In this document: piece by piece, positions 1 through 12,635 of the stretch | How the letters are laid out: every line of letters starts with the position of its first letter | How positions within the stretch are numbered: position 1 is the first letter of the stretch | NCBI RefSeq assembly: GCF_009914755.1 | Contig: NC_060925.1 | Strand: one strand, 5' to 3' | DNA from: the human T2T-CHM13v2.0 reference genome, Homo sapiens | DNA: 64,000 bases | Translations under genes and position numbers: made by a program | The notes under the pieces: generated by a model | What the model saw: the letters and a program-made list of their open reading frames with translations, nothing else | The model's database searches: none | What the model was told of the DNA's origin: nothing

Positions 1-379
1 TCTCTGACCTGCCAAGCCTCTCCTCCAACAGCTGACCTCCAGGAGTCCCATCTAGGCTCTAACTTCCAACTCTCACCTCCAGTCCTGACCTCTCAGGGTT
101 CACGCTAATCTTTGACACCTTGAGTCTCCTCTCTGACGCCATATCCCTGATACTCACCTCCTATCTCTCAGCTCCTGAGGCTGACTTCCAAACTCCAATC
201 CGCACTGCTCACCTCCAGCTTCTCACTCCTCAAAGTCCCCCCTCCAACATCTGGTCTTCTAGCCTCCCGCTTCCTCAGTCCTTGGGACCTCTCCCACTTA
301 GACCTCCAGATAGGCCCCCTATAGCCCAGCACATGCAGTGAGAGGTCAGGTGCCTTTGGGATGGCTTTGCTTGCCTGTG

Positions 380-1178
380 TTTATTTATATTTATTTATTT
401 ATTTTTAACTTATATTCAGGGTATGTGTGTAGGTTTGTTACATAGGTAAACTCCTGTCATGGGGGGTTTGTTGTACAGATCATTTCATCACCCAGGTACT
501 AAGCTTAGTACCCAATAGTTATCGTTTCTTTTCCTCTCCCTCCTCCCACTCTTTACCCTCAAGTAGGCCCCAGTGCCTGTCGTTTCCCTCTTTGTGTTCA
601 TGAGTTCTCATCATTTAGCTACCACTTATAAGTGAGAACATGTGGTATTTGGTTTTCTGTTCCTGTATTAGTTTGCTGAGGATAATGGCCTCCAGCTCCA
701 TCCATGTCCCTGCAAAGGACATGAACTCGCTCCTCTTTTTATGGCTGCATAGTATTCCATGGTGTAAATGTACCACATTTTCTTTATCCAGTCTGTCACT
801 GATGGGCATTTCTGAGAAGTGCAGAGGTGATAAGAGTGCGCAGAATTGTCGGCGTGTGGGGATTAGCAGGCCGGCATGTTTCCTCCTGCAGGCAGCCCTG
901 CTTCTCAGCGCTCAGAGACATAAGGCATTTCAGGAGAAGCATCGTCTCTTAAGACTTTGGCAAGGTGAGGCCTTTCAGTATCCATGGATGCCACCTGTCA
1001 GCAGGAACCCCTAGCTGATTAAGAACCCAGCCCCATGGGTTATCTAGGTTGATTCCATGTCTTTGCTATTATGAATAGTGCTGCGATGAACATTCACGTG
1101 CGTGTGTCTTTGTGTCCTTACGGTAGAATGATTTATATTCCTCTGGGTATACACCCTGTAGTGGCATTGCTGGGTCAT
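380..1178 (-). mobile_element. 5'-truncated L1 3' end (old L1PA13-16/L1PB-like), interrupted at ~812-1042 by a non-L1 insert
   Basis: T-rich tail at ~380-410; L1 3'UTR text (gtttgttacataggtaaac, ccacttataagtgagaacatg, ggctgcatagtattccatgg); L1 resumes at aggttgattccatgtctttgct; ORF2 C-terminal remnants in ORF 615..809. Confidence 0.9.
806..1035. repeat. Inverted local duplication: 806-946 is the reverse complement of 1893-2033; 952-1035 is the reverse complement of ~2174-2261
   Basis: Manual alignment: 129/141 identities for the first arm; ~8 substitutions plus 2 indels for the second. ORFs 640..1014(+) and 1615..2301(-) share the same peptide. Confidence 0.93.
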
Positions 1179-1369
1179 TCCCCCTGTTTTATATGGTCCA
1201 GTAGCTGCAACCACACAATGGCAGAGCAACCGGCTGAAGAGGGCAGAGTTCTACATTATCATCAACTGGGAGAAAAGAACTGGCTTGTTTTGACAATATA
1301 CTTTAATACATTCAACCAAGTAGTCAATAAATATTGAACTGAATTGACCTGAATAATCTAATAATAATC

Positions 1370-1600
1370 AAAGCTACTGTTTATTGAGGATTTATTATGA
1401 GTCTGGCACTTTAGCTACATTTTTCTTCTAATTCCTATAGTTACCTCTGGGAGAAGAAGTACTATTATTTCTCTCATATTATGGGTGAGAAAATTGAAGT
1501 TCAGAGAGGCCAAGGGAATTACCCAAGGACACACAGCCAGAAGGTGGTAGAGCTGGGATTTGAACCAGTGTGGTCCAGGGCTCAAGTTCTAACCATACTC
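1370..1600 (-). mobile_element. MIR SINE
   Basis: gagaaaattgaagttcagagagg...acacagc...gagctgggatttgaacc core. Confidence 0.7.
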
Positions 1601-2479
1601 TTAATGATTTCTTTTCATTCAAGCCTCAGTTTCCCCAGCTGTAGAAGGGGGATCATGGCAGTACCAACCTCACAGACTGGTGTGGTGGTAACTGCAGAAT
1701 TTCTCTGGGGTTCTTGAAATGCCAGTAGAGCAGTTGGCCCCTGATGGCAGGCCCCAGCCCGGGCTGGGCACTGGTCACTCTGGTTCCTCAGGGACCCTGC
1801 TCCTTTTGTGCGGAGCCTATCATTCCTAGAGAGCAGCCACTCTTTTCCCATGGCCTTCCCTGGGTTTCCTTTTAACGGCTGCTCCGTGCCTGGACGATGC
1901 TTTTCCTGAAATGCCTTATGTCTCTGAGAGCCGCGGAGCAGGGCTGCCTGCAGGAGGAAATGTGCCGGCCTGCTAATCCCCACACGCTGACAATTCTGCA
2001 CACTCTTGCCGCCTCTGCACTTCTCAGAAATGCTTTTTAAGTGGCAGATGCAGCTTATATTTCCCCTGTGCCAACAGGAGCACTTGCTGCCAACACTGAC
2101 GGCCGCCCTCAGACCTGGAGACAGCCTCATGAGTCCTGGGAGATGCAAATGCTTAGGGTATCTTGGGATGGGGTGGGGCTGGGTTCTAGAGCAGCTAGGG
2201 GTCCCTGCTGACCACAGGTGGCATCCATGGATACCGAAAGGGCACACCTCCGCCAAAGTCTCCCCTATCCCAGTCCTGACGTGGTGCTTACATTTCCCCA
2301 TCAGTGCCCTTAGGATAAAGGGCCTAGCTCCAGAAGGCCCTTATTAGAATACAAATGTCCTATCTAAAATGAATGAGACATTAGTAAAGCAGGGCCTGGC
2401 TTCCTTAGGGACCTCTCAGGACTGCGAACACCATGAGTCCCCCTGAGGGAGGTGCGGAAACAGGGTTCCTAGCAGTGCT

Positions 2480-2680
2480 GGCTTGAAATCAGAGGTAACC
2501 CAGGGTGTAGCCTGATCTGCCTCCTACCAGCTGGGTGACCTTGGGCCGGGATCTTAACCCTTGTTTCACTTTAAAATGAAGCAAATGATGGAATCTATCT
2601 TAAAGGGTGTTGGGGGGATTAAATGGGAGAATGCACCTCAAATGCTTAGTACAGTGCCTGCCTCTTAGTAAGGGACCAAT
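2480..2680 (+). mobile_element. MIR SINE
   Basis: gctgggtgaccttggg...taaaatg...gcttagtacagtgcctg. Confidence 0.6.
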
Positions 2681-3821
2681 AACAGACAGTCATCTGAGAT
2701 CCTGAGGACACCAAGCTCCAGAGCCCAAAACTCCCGGGCCCCAGGCCCCGTCGGCTCAGGACAGGGTGGTCTCTCTGCTCCTGCTCCTTTCTCTTACCTC
2801 TAAACCCAGCTCAGGGTGAACGTTCCCGGTTGGATATGGGCTCATTGGTTATTCCGGTCCTCTTCTGAGCTTGCAGACTGCCCCTCTGTCCTCCTGCCTG
2901 GATCCCTCTCCCCTGTGCTTCCCTCATCCCTGGGCCAGCTCGAGCCTGCATCCACACTCCTTGCCCTTGCCCATCAGTTCCTGACTCTCCTAGTACCTGC
3001 ATCTCCCACCTGGGGCCTAGGGATGTGGATTCACATTCCACCTGCCTGAGGCCCTGGGAGCTGCCGAGTGTCAATTTTCTTAGGCAGTCCTCGAACATAT
3101 GAGGTGGAAACTGCCCCAGGGATCTTCAGGCTCAGCCCCCTCACTGAGCAGAGGGGGTGCTCTGAGTGCTCAGAAAGAGAAGGGACTTCCCAAGGCCCTG
3201 CAAAGTGCCAGGGGGTAGTACCCATATTCTCTGGCAGGGGACATAGTTCTGGGGTTAGACAGGGAGGATATCCTAGAGGGACCTTTAACTTCAGGAGAAG
3301 CTCCCAGTGAATTGTGGGGATCTGTTGACTCTTCAGGGACCCTGTTTCTGACAGTCCTCTTTCCTGGTTGTCCACGTAAGAAGCTCTGCCTTTATTATCC
3401 CAGCTAGCCTCTGAGGAAATAAAAATATTTCACTTCTTTGACATGGTTTTTGCACTGTTTTGCTTTTACAATCATTCCCTTTTAAATGCATTTAGTTTTA
3501 AGCTCCTCAAATCCTGTTTAAGTACATGGGGATAAGACTTCAATGAATAAAGCAATAAACAGAAATAAAAAGAGTTGTGAATTTCCTCTTCTTTGCTCAG
3601 TCCCTCTCTCCATGAAGCTGGTACCAAACGCCCCTCCTGACTCACAGTAGCTCAGGGCCATTCCCCACAAGGCAGGGGTTCAAAGTTCACCCAACAGCTA
3701 GAAGCTCAGTGTCTGGGTGTGAGGCCTGTCTGCCTACTCAGCCTGGGCCAGTCCCAGGTCATGGCCGGGTTCCAGGGCCACCCCTAGACCTTAGACTCTA
3801 TTTCTTGGAGCCCTGCTTGGT

Positions 3822-4310
3822 GTCTGTCTTAGGTTCTCTAGAAGCAGAGCCTGAGAAGGGGACTTAGGTGCCCAAAGTGTGTTGAAGGAATGTGTTGCTT
3901 TCAGAAGGAAAGTGAGGGATCAGGATAAGACTGGGGCAAAAGCTGAGTGAGCAAGGATGAGGTCTCATCTGGGCAGGTGGTAGCTTCAGGCAAAGTACCA
4001 CAGACTTGGTCCCATCTTAAGAAAAGGGGATGGCCTTTTTCTGACCACGTCATAGGTTACTGGCTGTGACCTGCTCTGGGTGCTAGAAAATGAGAATCTT
4101 AACCTCATGGGTAAGAAGGCACCTGAGAAGGGGACAACTGGGAGCCATGAACAGCCAACATTCCCAGCAGTGGAAAGACACGTGCACCATGGAATCAAAG
4201 GGGTCTGGGTGGGGAATCTCCTTTGTCCACTGCAGTGGCCCAGGATCTCCAGAATGGGCCTCTGCCTTCCTCCACCAGGCTTACCCACTGGGGGCCAAAC
4301 CCCAAGGGGA
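3822..4310 (-). mobile_element. Degraded ERVL-type LTR (LTR33/LTR16-like)
   Basis: tgtcttaggttctctagaagcagagcctgaga terminus typical of this group; inner boundary uncertain. Confidence 0.45.
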
Positions 4311-5269
4311 TGAACATTTCGGATCCACCTCACTGCACTTTTATAAGCTCACAGGGCAGGGCTTCTGAGCGCTTCTTTGCTGAGGAAGCTCAGAGAGGTT
4401 GAGCAATGAATCCAATGTCACACAGCTGTTGAGTGGTAGAACCAGGGTTCAAATCTAATTTCCAAAGCCCCTGCTGGCCCCGTGTTCTTGTCCCTGTGTC
4501 TGTTAGTCCTCCCAGACTCCACTTTCAGGGACCCTCATTATCTCCTGCCCAACTGCTCAGCATCCTCTACAGTTTCCCCTAGGGCTGATGGTTCCACTTG
4601 ATATATTGTCCTCACCCACGGAAGTCACTCATTTCTGGCTTCTGGTTCTCTGCCCTTCCCCCCACACAGCTACACCTATCTGTCCCCCACCCCCCTGGTC
4701 CTGCCTACCCCACCTTCAGGGGCCCGAGTTCTGGCAGGAGCTGGACATACATGACTTGCCCACAAATTACGTCTCGCAGGGAGCCTGGTTCCACCACCAC
4801 TGCCTGTGCTGACACCTCCATCAACACAGATCCTCCTTAAGACAACAGACATTTATCCCTGACAGTCAGAGGCACAATTGCAATCAGATGCTGGAGACCT
4901 GAATTCTGGGTTGTCACTGAGTTGATGACGGCCCTTCAGTCAGAGGAAAGGGGCTGGAGGAGAGTAGGGGAGGACTTTAGAAATAGTCTGTCTTCTGTAA
5001 GGAGCTATTTCCCCTGGGCCACGGCTGGGCTTCAGCTGATGGGCAGTGGGGGCCTGTGTTTCCTCTGCCGCTCTTTGGGAGGAGACATGACAGAATTGAA
5101 GGAGAAAATAGGAAAATTGCCAGCAGGGTGTGAGTTGGCTCTGGGTCCAGGAAGATGAAGTGGACGTGGGTGCAGGAAAGGGCCTGTAACCACGCGTACG
5201 GAGGAAGACATCACTAGTGCTTACCAGGATCTTGCTGTCTTCTCCCTCCTGGGCACAGGGAAGATGCAC

Positions 5270-5606
5270 TCCTACTTCCACTTGCAACTAAGTGGAGTCA
5301 CATGTCTAGCCCTGGCCTCTGAAATGTGGCTGGAAGGAATGTGTGTGGCTTCTAGGCTGAGGCAGCAAAAAGCACTGATATGATTCTCCAGCCCTTTTAT
5401 TCCTCAGCTGAGGCAATTATGAGAAGACCTCTTGCTGAGATGATGGAATCACAAGATCAGAGCAGCCTAAATCACTGATTTTCACAATGGACGACAGCTG
5501 ACACACGGAGGAATCAAAGTGCAGAAGAAATAAAGTTCGCTGTGTAAAGCACCAAGACACTGGGGCTTGTTGTCACAGCATGGCCTGCCCTATGCTAACT
5601 AATACA
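5270..5606 (+). mobile_element. MaLR LTR (MLT1-type)
   Basis: gaaataaagttcgctgtgtaaagc...ttgtcacagcatggcc...actaataca 3' terminus. Confidence 0.65.
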
Positions 5607-5609
5607 ATT

Positions 5610-5835
5610 GCCGTTCATTGATCATTTACTATGTGCCAAGTGTAGTGCTGTATGCTTTCCATGTATCATCTCACTAGATCCTTGCAGCAGCCTTCCATGC
5701 AGGACCTCCTATTAACTGCATTTTACAGATGAGGAAACTGAGGCTTAGAGGGATTAAGTAACTTCCACAAGTCAGACAACTAGCAGGTGGCAGAGCTGGA
5801 AGTCAGGCCTGTGTCCTGAGCCGTAATTCTTAACA
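5610..5835 (-). mobile_element. MIR SINE
   Basis: ttttacagatgaggaaactgaggcttagag...aagtaactt core. Confidence 0.8.
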
Positions 5836-8800
5836 CACAAACTCTAAAGAGGCCACCTTGGGTTTTCTGCCCTTATTGGGCTCCTGGTGCCAGGGCTTGG
5901 TAGGACACACAGGAGCATGTGAAAGCGATCCCCAGTGTGTTCCAAATGTCAGTGGAGTCAATCCCTGAGTTGTGCTTAGTCCAGTGGGTGGGAGTCAGTC
6001 ATGAGCCACGAGCACACCACTTTCTGCTCCTGTGGGGCTCATAGTCTGGAGGAGGGACTGGCTAAGCAAATGTCGAGGTTGAAATGAGTATTGGGTGGGG
6101 TGTGTGTCCCCGTGTGGGTGCATGCATGAGCAAGAATTTGATAGAATGGGTTCAGCAAGGAGGCTGGCCAGGTGGGTTTAGCAAGGAGCCTGGCATGCTG
6201 ATGAGGAGGGAGGAGGGTATGTACCAGGCCAGAGAGAGAGAATGGAGCCCCATCCCCATCCTCTCTAGAGAGAAGTAGAGATGTTAGGTTGAATGGGCGC
6301 ATGGGTCTGCCCTCCACTCATCCAAAGCCCTCCTGCTCTCAAGCTCCATCCTTCCCAAGAGGATCCCCTACCCCCTGCTTTCTGTTGAGGAGGCAGGAGA
6401 CTGCATCTCAGGGGACCTCTTCCTGTTTCAGGGTTGCAGAGTGGAGCTACAGGAACAGGCGAATGGTCCCAGGAAGCAGAGTGATGAACTCCTTCGTGGA
6501 CTATGGTCCTGTCCCCACTCCAGGGGTCAGGCTACCTGCTCAGAAGGCAGGGAGCAGCTTTGTTTGGCTTAGTTTTAGCTTTTGCAGAGTCCAAGGGCTG
6601 AGTCCTGAGCTGGACATAAGACGGCATGTAGACTAGAAAGAGGCAGACAAGCGTGAGTCCAAATCCAGCTTTTACCACTTCCCCATGAGTGACCTTGAAC
6701 AAATCTCATTCTGTTTATCAGTATTCTCATCTGATCAATGGAAACAACCACCTTTCCCTCGAAGGCCACTTATGAGGACTAAATGGCACACAGGAAGATC
6801 CTCTCCCTCCCTCCAACAGCCCCTGGAGGATGGAAGGCAGACCATGGGTCCTCTCTGACTTGGGAGCCCTCCTCGAATCCTTCTCTGGGCCATGGACAGA
6901 GGCCTGAGAGGGCTACCAGAGGCCCTGCTGTAGGTGGCCCTGCCTTCATCTGGAAAGGAAAGATCATCTTGAACATAAAACTGCCCTAACTTCTCCCAGC
7001 ATCACGTCCCTGGAGGGAGTTTTCAGGCCGAGTAATGTATGGCTCCATTTTTAGATGTTGCCGAATTCCATTTGCTGGAGATCTGTGTTTTATTGCCGTA
7101 TCAGTGTTTCTAAATTGCACTATATTTTCTTAGCTTGATGGGAATTTACAGCAACTGGATTGGAGCAGAACTGGGCTCTCCCCGAGGCTGGGAAATCACT
7201 GGGGTCGACTGCTATTGCTGCTGCCTCCCCCTCTGATTGTTTCTTCTAATTATTCTTATTAGGAAGGGATCTGAATCTGAGACTAGAGGCCTGGGAGGCC
7301 CACATGGTGAGACATCCATCAGGGCTGGGAGGTCTGGGGCTGCTCTCTGTGGGGAGTTGGGCCACCCGGGAGGAGGTGGGAGGGCTGTGGTGGAGGTGCT
7401 TGGGCAGAGATGACTTCCAGGACTGGGAGTTGAGGGAGGCCCAGCCAGCCGCCAGCCTTGGGATTGGTGTATCCAGGGAACACTAGACATGAGGTTGATT
7501 GCCACAGTAATGGGAACCACAACGCTGCATGTCAGAACATCCCTTAGTGGCCCCACAGCCTTTTATGCCTTCTTGATTCTCCCGTGAGGAAAAGAGGACA
7601 GGGAATACCAACCCCATTTTCCAGATGAGGAAACTGAAAGCCTAGGGAGTTAAGTCACATGGTAGAGCTAAGGTTAAAACCTGGGGCTGTTTGAATCCAA
7701 ACTGGTGTTTACTCTCACCCCCACACTGGTGGATTTTTGTTCCCTCTCCATTTCCACACTGGAGACTTAGGCAGGGTGCTCTCATTTATGGAGCCCTCAC
7801 TATGCATCAGGCACTGCGCTATAAGTTCCAGGCATTGTCTAATTTCACCCTCCTACAGGTGGGGGGTACTCAGCCCCTTTTATGGAGTAGCCCCAGGACG
7901 TTAAGGCACTTTTGCAAGGTCAGAGAGTGACTCCTAAGCGACAAAGATGAAATTCCATCTTAGCCACCATGCTCTACTGCTTCTAAAGACACCAGCTCTT
8001 CCAATTTCTGCTGATGTAGGAATGAGCTGCCTGGCTGTGGGGTGGGAGTCCCGATGCATTCTGGGAGTCAGGTGGTGCCTGTCTGGTGCTGGGCATCCAC
8101 CAGGCTGCGGGTTTGCCCCATGAAGGCTGGGTGCTCAGGCTGCACCTGCATTTGAAAGATACCGTTTCCCTGGCTCCAGCCTCCCAGGGTGACACGGTAC
8201 CACCCAGGGCATTGGACAGAGAGAGGAGAGAGTCCCAGGAACACAGCTGGGGATTGCAGGAAGTTCTGGCCCATCCCGCTGGCAGGTCCAGGCAGTTTAT
8301 CTCACTTGGCAGCGATCCTCTGTCTAAAAGCACGTCTGACGCTTTGTGCAATAAAGTTAATGGACTTCTCCATCTTAGAGCAGCTGAATTCTCTTGGAGC
8401 AGATGCTGAGGGTTATGGATGTTCTAATTAGGAAGCTGCCTTTGGCACTGAGGAAGGGAGGGGAGGCTTGTGATGTTCCACACGCCCTGCAAAGACCCCC
8501 TGCCAAACTGCTTTCCCTGAGCCTGCCAGTGCGGACACGCTGTGGCAGAGGAAGGAGGAGAAAACATTTCCTTCCTCTCCCATCTTCCACTTCCCTTCCA
8601 GTACCAATGGTCCTCCGCACTGAGCCGGAAGTGACCAGGGGGTCCAGGCAGTGTGACCATAGCCTCCCAGGTCTGAGCAACCACAAGCAGAGTTAGGGTT
8701 GTGATCAAATAAAACTCACAACCAAGTTAATCCGACACATTTATTGATGTGCATAATTGTTATTGGACTGCACTGCAATTAGGCATAAATGGTAGGTCGT

Positions 8801-9199
8801 TCCTATGAGTGACTATAATTAGTAATTCTCGGTTTTGGCCCAATCAAGTTTGGATGTTTGTTTTCCATAAGCACAGACGTTCCCCAGTGTCTGTAAACAG
8901 CATTGATATTGACTGTTTTCTGATTCACTCATTCATTTGTTCATTTCCCAAATCTATGAAACAGAGGTCCCAGACTGGAGCCCTCATTTTGTTGCTTACT
9001 GGGTGATTGTGGGAGAGTAATTCCACTTCTTTCAGCCTTGGTTTTTCACATCTGTAATATGGAGATGACATCTCTAGCGTATAGGGTTATGCTGAGAATC
9101 CTATGAGATGGGCATGCTCAGAGCCAAGCACAGTGCCAGGTCTAGAATTGTCACTCAGTTAGCTGCATCCTGTTGTTATTAGCATTATTAATATTATTA

Positions 9200-9328
9200 T
9201 TTTATTTTTATAGAGATGGGGTTTCACCATGTTGCCCAGTCTGGTCTCAAACTCCTAGACTCAAGCAATCCACTCACCTTGGCCTCCTAAAGTGTTAGGA
9301 TTACAGGAGTGAGCCACTGCACCCAGCC
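9200..9328 (-). mobile_element. Alu left monomer (FLAM/AluJ-like)
   Basis: agagatggggtttcaccatgttgccc...ttacaggagtgagccactgcacccagcc; single arm; degenerate cattat TSD. Confidence 0.85.
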
Positions 9329-10239
9329 CATTATCATTATTGATATTCTTATTATTATTGATAACAACTTCTCCTGGAAAAGACCTGAGCACTAAGAGCT
9401 CTGAAGCCTTCGGTCTCAGATGGGAGGATGATTCTGAGTGCAGAAGAGGCCTGTCCCTTGGACTTCACTGGGGCTGGAGGGGTCTGGATTGTGCAAGAGG
9501 ACACAGAAAGTGACATTTGGATTATGGTGACTGCTGTGGCCTCATCGTTACCTGCAGGCAAGTGGGGCTGGGAAGCTTCAGGTTTTCCACATCTTTAATT
9601 TTACCACTGCCCAGCTCCTGGGAAATATGGAACTGGATTAAATCTCCCTACAGAGAGGAGAGTGCCTGCACAGGGCACGGTGCTTAGAAGGCTCTCATGA
9701 AATGCTTGGCTCTGTCCCAGAGGATGTGTTATTGGAGTTTAGAGAATTCTTAGTGATCTGAGGCTGAATTAGGGGGAGGGAGGGGAAGCTGGTTCTCACA
9801 GCAAAGGGCAAGTAAGTCTTTGGGCTAGACAGACAGAACAGAGGCCTTCTACCTCCTGAAGAAAAACCTCTCCACATCTGCGAGCTGCTGAACTCACCGG
9901 GAAGAGGGTGTGCTTTGCCAACACACTTTATGCTGGGACGAGATGATCTGGGAGGTAGTCTGGAGCAGGAAGACATTGTAGGGGCTGTCAGCGAGGCCAG
10001 AGCTGCAGGAAGGAGTGTGGGGGGTCTGGGGTCAGGTGGGAGTCTGGGCAGGGACCCTGGGAGCCTGAGCTTGCCCAAGGTCCAGTGAGGCACTATTGGC
10101 TTTTAGAGCCTGGGAGGCAGAGAGCCCTGGGTTAGACTCTGCCCTACCACATACTCCCTGGACCTTGGGCAAGTTATTTGGCCTCTCTGAGCCTCCGTTT
10201 CTTCATCTGTGACATGGGGCCATAGCACATACTGTCAGT

Positions 10240-10640
10240 GTCTTGCCCTTACCCCTTCTGGGCAAGCTGCCTGACTTCCCACTGCAAAGATGGGCACTGC
10301 TCTGCCTGAGGCTTTGTCCTGGCCCAGAGTCCACCTTGCCCCCTTGTGGCATGCCAGAAGTACCTGGGATTGGCTGTCTCTGGGGGACCAGTCCTAAACC
10401 AAAGATTGATAGGACTTGGTGTATACATACCCCAGCTCCCTCACTCCTTCAATGGGAGATTCTTGAGTTGCATGTTCTCTGCTGGCTCCCAGAGTTCTTC
10501 ATGGAGTTAAGTTCCAGCTGCCCACAGGGTTGACTGGCTTGATGTTGTACCCCTTATAAGCTGGCTTCCCTTTGGCATCTCACATCCCTATTCCCCTATC
10601 TTTGTCTTGTATTCAAGCCCTTGTCTCAGGGGCCTCTTCC
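10240..10640 (+). mobile_element. Degraded ERVL-type LTR (LTR16-like)
   Basis: 3' end ...aagcccttgtctcaggggcctcttccaggagatctcaaactaag. Confidence 0.4.
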
Positions 10641-12635
10641 AGGAGATCTCAAACTAAGGGGATAATATCATGCTTTTCTCCTAGCACTATGGGCATGATG
10701 TGAATCAAGTAGCTAACATATTTCGCTTCCCATCTTTTCCCTTATATCCTGTTGGGTACGGGTAACTTAGTCTTCAAGGGGCTCTGGCTATTGGGGAATC
10801 AGGGACAGAGGCCTGAGCCAAGTGGGCTGACATTCAGGTCTTTGCAGATAATGGGCCAGGGCACTCCTGGGATGGAGGCAGGAGCTAGGGGCTTGTCTGG
10901 TGGGAAGCCGAGTGTTGCAGGTGTGGTGGCTGCTCCGGAAGTCCTCTCCGTGGGGAATCCTCATCTCGGATCCTTTCTGGAGGCCGAGGCAGGCAATAAA
11001 TCCCCTTGGTAGAGCTGGTCCCAGCATGGGCCACCCTGCAGAAAGGCTTCATCAGCGGCCTCATTTGCATAAGATAATGAAACCGCAGTAAAAATAGTAA
11101 AAGAAAAAATGGCCTGGCAACTTCGTTTCCATAATGACAGATGCTTCTTAAACATTCAGCTTCTGTTTCCCAAGGAAGTGCCATCAAAGCTCCAAGGGAG
11201 CCATGTACCCTGGCCCAGCGTGGTTCTTGGAATAGGGGCCTGCAGCCCCTGGGGCGCTCCAGCCCTGACCTCCTGCTGCTCCTTGGCTTGCTCCAGATGG
11301 ACCTGAGTGGCAGGGCGGTAGGAAGGGAGAGAGGGGAGAACTGACTGAAGAGTGAAGGAGCTTCACAAACAGCCCAATGCCTCACACTTAACACATGCTT
11401 TCACATGTCATTTAAAAAATTCTCACGAGCTCCCTGTTACAGTCAAAATGGGCACTCCCAATGCACAGGTGAGTAAACTGAGGCTTATGAATTGTCCAAG
11501 GCCATCTGCTTAAATTAAGATGGTAGAGGGATCTTAGAATTTGCCCCCTATTCCTAGTCCCTGTCTCCTGTCTGGGCACCTCCATGAGTGACAGGAGGCC
11601 CTTTTCACTGGGAATGGCTGGGGAGAGGGCAGGTCCCAGACCTAGAGGGGGGTGGGGGACCTGTGGGAGGTGGGAGCCATCTCCACAGGTCTCAGACCCC
11701 TGTTCCTTGAGCAGGGTGAGATGACCAAGGTCAAAAGAAAGGGGCCACTGTGGGATGGGACTCTCCCAGACCTAGAGAACAAAAATAACCATATCAAAGT
11801 GTGCTTCAGAAATATTTTGTCCTCTTACCTCCAAGCCACCAGGGCTCTGCAATGACTGCCTTGGAAGCAGAACTAATGACAATAATAATAGTAATGAATA
11901 AAATAGTGGCATGGGCACTGTTTCCCCAGCTCAGAGGAAAATCTCTAGTCTAGTTGCACTTGGCTAGGGTCAGGGGTTCCCTGCCATAGCACCTCCTTTC
12001 CTCTAAGTGTTTGGGGCAGAGTCCTGATTTCCTGATTCAGTGAATGAGGGCTTGGCTGCATGGGTTGGGGAGAATGGGAACGGAGCAAGTTTTCAGGGCA
12101 CAGATGGTCCTGACTCATGCAAGATGGCCAGTGGGAGTCACCTGGATGCTAAGGCAAGTGTCATTTTGAAGCCACTAAGCAAGACATCTAGAGAGGCACC
12201 TCTCCAGGCTCTGTACTGGACTCATGCAGGTAGAGATGGTGGGTCCATTCCTCAGGGCTCCCTGGGGCTGGCAACTGAACCTGCATGTTCTCCCAGAACC
12301 TGGGAGGCCTCTGCAGTGGGCTCCATCTCTGTCTGGTGGTCCCTCCCCAGTTCCCTCCCAGCCTGTGGAAACTTTGGCCAAATTTGAGAGGTAGTGGAGA
12401 GGAAACTTCCAGATGTTTTGGGTCGTAGACTGGGACTAACAACTTTGCACTTAAAGCTGAGTATTTGACCACCTTTGTTTCCTGATTCCTCTGTGCCTGG
12501 GCTAGTTTCCCCCTTGGCATATTTGGGAGGGGTCAAGTCATTCTTTACCTTCCCTCCACAGTAATAGCTAACGTTGGCTGAGATAGACTGTGTGCCTGGT
12601 GTGGACAATCTCATCAAATCCCTATAACCTTCCTC

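Noticed and set aside
640-2301. Two ORFs (124 aa on +, 228 aa on -) sharing a ~47-aa peptide, suggesting a small gene family
   Set aside because: The shared peptide is simply the inverted duplication; the + ORF starts in antisense L1; no splice or protein-family evidence
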